A DNA stretch of 64,000 nt from Mobula hypostoma (lineage: Eukaryota), in the NCBI RefSeq assembly GCF_963921235.1, contig NC_086097.1, forward strand, positions 97,652,001-97,716,000, written 5' to 3'. Under the pieces are notes generated by a model. The model worked only from the letters and a program-made list of their open reading frames with translations. It did not search any database and had not been told where the DNA came from. The translations under genes and the position numbers were made by a program. Of this stretch, positions 61,950-64,000 are shown piece after piece; the stretch's first letter is position 1; each line of letters begins with the position of its first letter.

Positions 61950-64000
61950 ACTAATATTGTGAGTTGCATATATTTTAATGCAAGAAGTATTGTAGGAAAG
62001 ACTGATGAGCCCAGGGCATGGATCAACATATGGGAAATTGATATTGCAGCCATTAGTGAGACTTAGTTGCAAGAGGGGCAGGACTGGCAGCTCATTATTC
62101 TAGGATTCTGTTGTTTTAGACATGATAGAGCAGGAGGCATTAAAGGGTGGAGGGATGGTGTTACTAGTCAGGGAAAATGTCAAGTCAGGACAGACAGGTG
62201 AACTCATCTAGTGAGGCTTTGTGGGTAATACTGAGTGATAAGAAAGGTATGACCACATTAATGGGGCTATATTATAGACCACTCAACAGTCCGCAGGATT
62301 TAGAGGAACAAATTTGCAGAGATATCACAGACTTTGCAAGAAACATACTATTGTGATAGAAGGTGACTTTCCACATATTGACTGGGACTCCCATACTGTA
62401 AAAGGACTAGATGGGATAGAGTTTGACAAATGTGTTCAGGAAAGTTTCCTTAATCAGTACATAGAAATCCCAACAAGAGGGTATATAATATTTGATCTCT
62501 TAGTAGGGAATGAGACAGGGCAAGTGACAGAAGTTTGTGTAGGAGAACACTTTACATGTAGTGACCGCAATGCCATTAGTTTCAAAGTAAGTATGCAAAA
62601 AGATGGGTCTGGTCCACGAGTTGAGATTCTAAATTGGAGAAAGGACAATTTTGATGGTATCAGAAAGGATTTGGCAAGTGTGGATTGGGAGAGGTTGTTT
62701 TCTGGCAAAGGTGTACTTGGTAAGTGGGAGGCCTTCAAAAGTGAAATTCTGAGAGTGCAAAGCTTGTATATGCCTGTCAGAATAAAAGGCAAGGATAACA
62801 GGTTTAGGGAACTTTGGTTTTCTAGAGATATTGAGGCCCTGGTTAAGAAGAAAAAGGAAGTGCATAGCAGGTATAGGCAGGTATGAACAAATGAGGTGCT
62901 TATGGGGTATAAGCAATGCAAGAGAACACTAAAGAAATAAATCGGGAGAGCTAAAAGAAGGCATGACGATGCTCTAGCAGACAAGGTGAAGGAGAATCCT
63001 AACGGTTTCCACAGTTATGTTAAGAGCAAAAGGATTATAAGGGACAAAATTGGTCCTCTGGAAGATCAGAATGGTAGCCTATGCGTGGAGCAAAAGAAAT
63101 GGGGGAGATCTTAAATGGATCTGTACTTACTCGGGAGAAGAACACAGAATCTATAAAGGCAGCAGCGGGATCATGGACCCTGTACAGATTACAGAGAAGA
63201 AGTGTTTGCTGTCTTGACCCCAATCAGGGTGGACAAATCCCCAGGGCCTGACAAGGTGTTCCCTTGGACCCTGTGGGAAGCTGGTGCAGAAATTGCAGGG
63301 CCCCTAGCAGAGATATTTGAAACATCTTTAGCAACAGGTGAGGTACTGGAGGATTGGAAGATGCTAATATTGTTCCACTTTTTAAGAAAGACTAAGAATA
63401 AACTAGGAAACTATAAGCTGGTGAACCTGACATCAGTGGTGGGAAAGTTATTGAAAGGTATTCTAAGAGACCAGATATATGATTATTTGGATAGACAAGG
63501 ACTGATTAGTGAAAGTCATTATGGCTTTGTGTGTTGTAGATCATGTCTAATTGAACTTATAGTTTTTTGAGGATGTTACCAAGAATGTTGATGAAGGCAA
63601 GGCAGTAGGTGTTGTCTGCGTGGACTTCAGCAAGGTATTTGACAAAGGCCTTCATGGAAAGTTGGTCAGAAAGGTTCAGTCGCTTGGCATTCAAGATGAG
63701 GTAATAAATTGGATTAGACATTGGCTTTGCAGGAGGGGCCAAAATGTGGTTTAGATGGTTGCGTCTCTGACTGGAGGCCTGGGGATTGGCGCTGAGTCTT
63801 GTTGTTTGTTATCTATATCAGCGATCTGGGTGATAATGTAGTTAACTGGATCAGCAAGTTTGTGGATGACACCAACATTGGAGGTGTAGTGGACAGCAAG
63901 GAAGACTACCAAAGCTTGCTGGAAAAATGGGCTGAAAAATGGCAGATGGAATTTAATGCAGACAAGTACAAGGTGTTGCACTTCACTAGAACAATTAGGG
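61950..64000 (+). mobile_element. CR1 LINE ORF2 (APE endonuclease to RT), degenerate, running off the window end
   Basis: YFNARSIVGK..AISET; VIEGDFPHIDW..CVQESFLNQYIEIPTR..CSDRNAISF; DKSPGPDKVFP..GNYKLVNLTSVVGKLL; DFSKVFDK; KFVDDT. Confidence 0.9.

Noticed and set aside
1..64000. CRISPR arrays, prokaryotic operons, and the many short six-frame ORFs
   Set aside because: The sequence is spliced vertebrate DNA with no repeat-spacer array; the short ORFs are TE fragments or chance frames

Overview
Eukaryotic genomic DNA, most likely from a cartilaginous fish (ray-like; inferred from the HE1/V-SINE, CR1, Rex/Babar and Penelope repeat content). The window lies inside the VPS39 (Vam6, HOPS subunit) gene on the + strand. 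Seven internal coding exons (756 nt, 252 codons, CNH-domain region) are recognisable, with GT-AG boundaries and consistent phases. Most of the remaining sequence is intronic transposon debris, often nested. Highlights: (1) a complete, TSD-flanked, internally miniaturised Gmr1-type Gypsy LTR element (SCAN-gag, PR-INT-RT-RH order, tRNA-Pro PBS), inserted in a Penelope element and itself hit by a CR1; (2) a dispersed family of Penelope-derived short repeats carrying a minimal type-I hammerhead ribozyme motif, including a TSD-flanked inverted mini-insertion and a fold-back copy; (3) a 91-nt internal U2 snRNA fragment inserted antisense in an intron; (4) Harbinger-in-Harbinger MITEs, a hAT MITE carrying a CR1 3' end, and Tc1, Tigger and Buster remnants. 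Family assignments come from motif recognition by eye, not from database searches. Boundaries of degenerate repeats are approximate.
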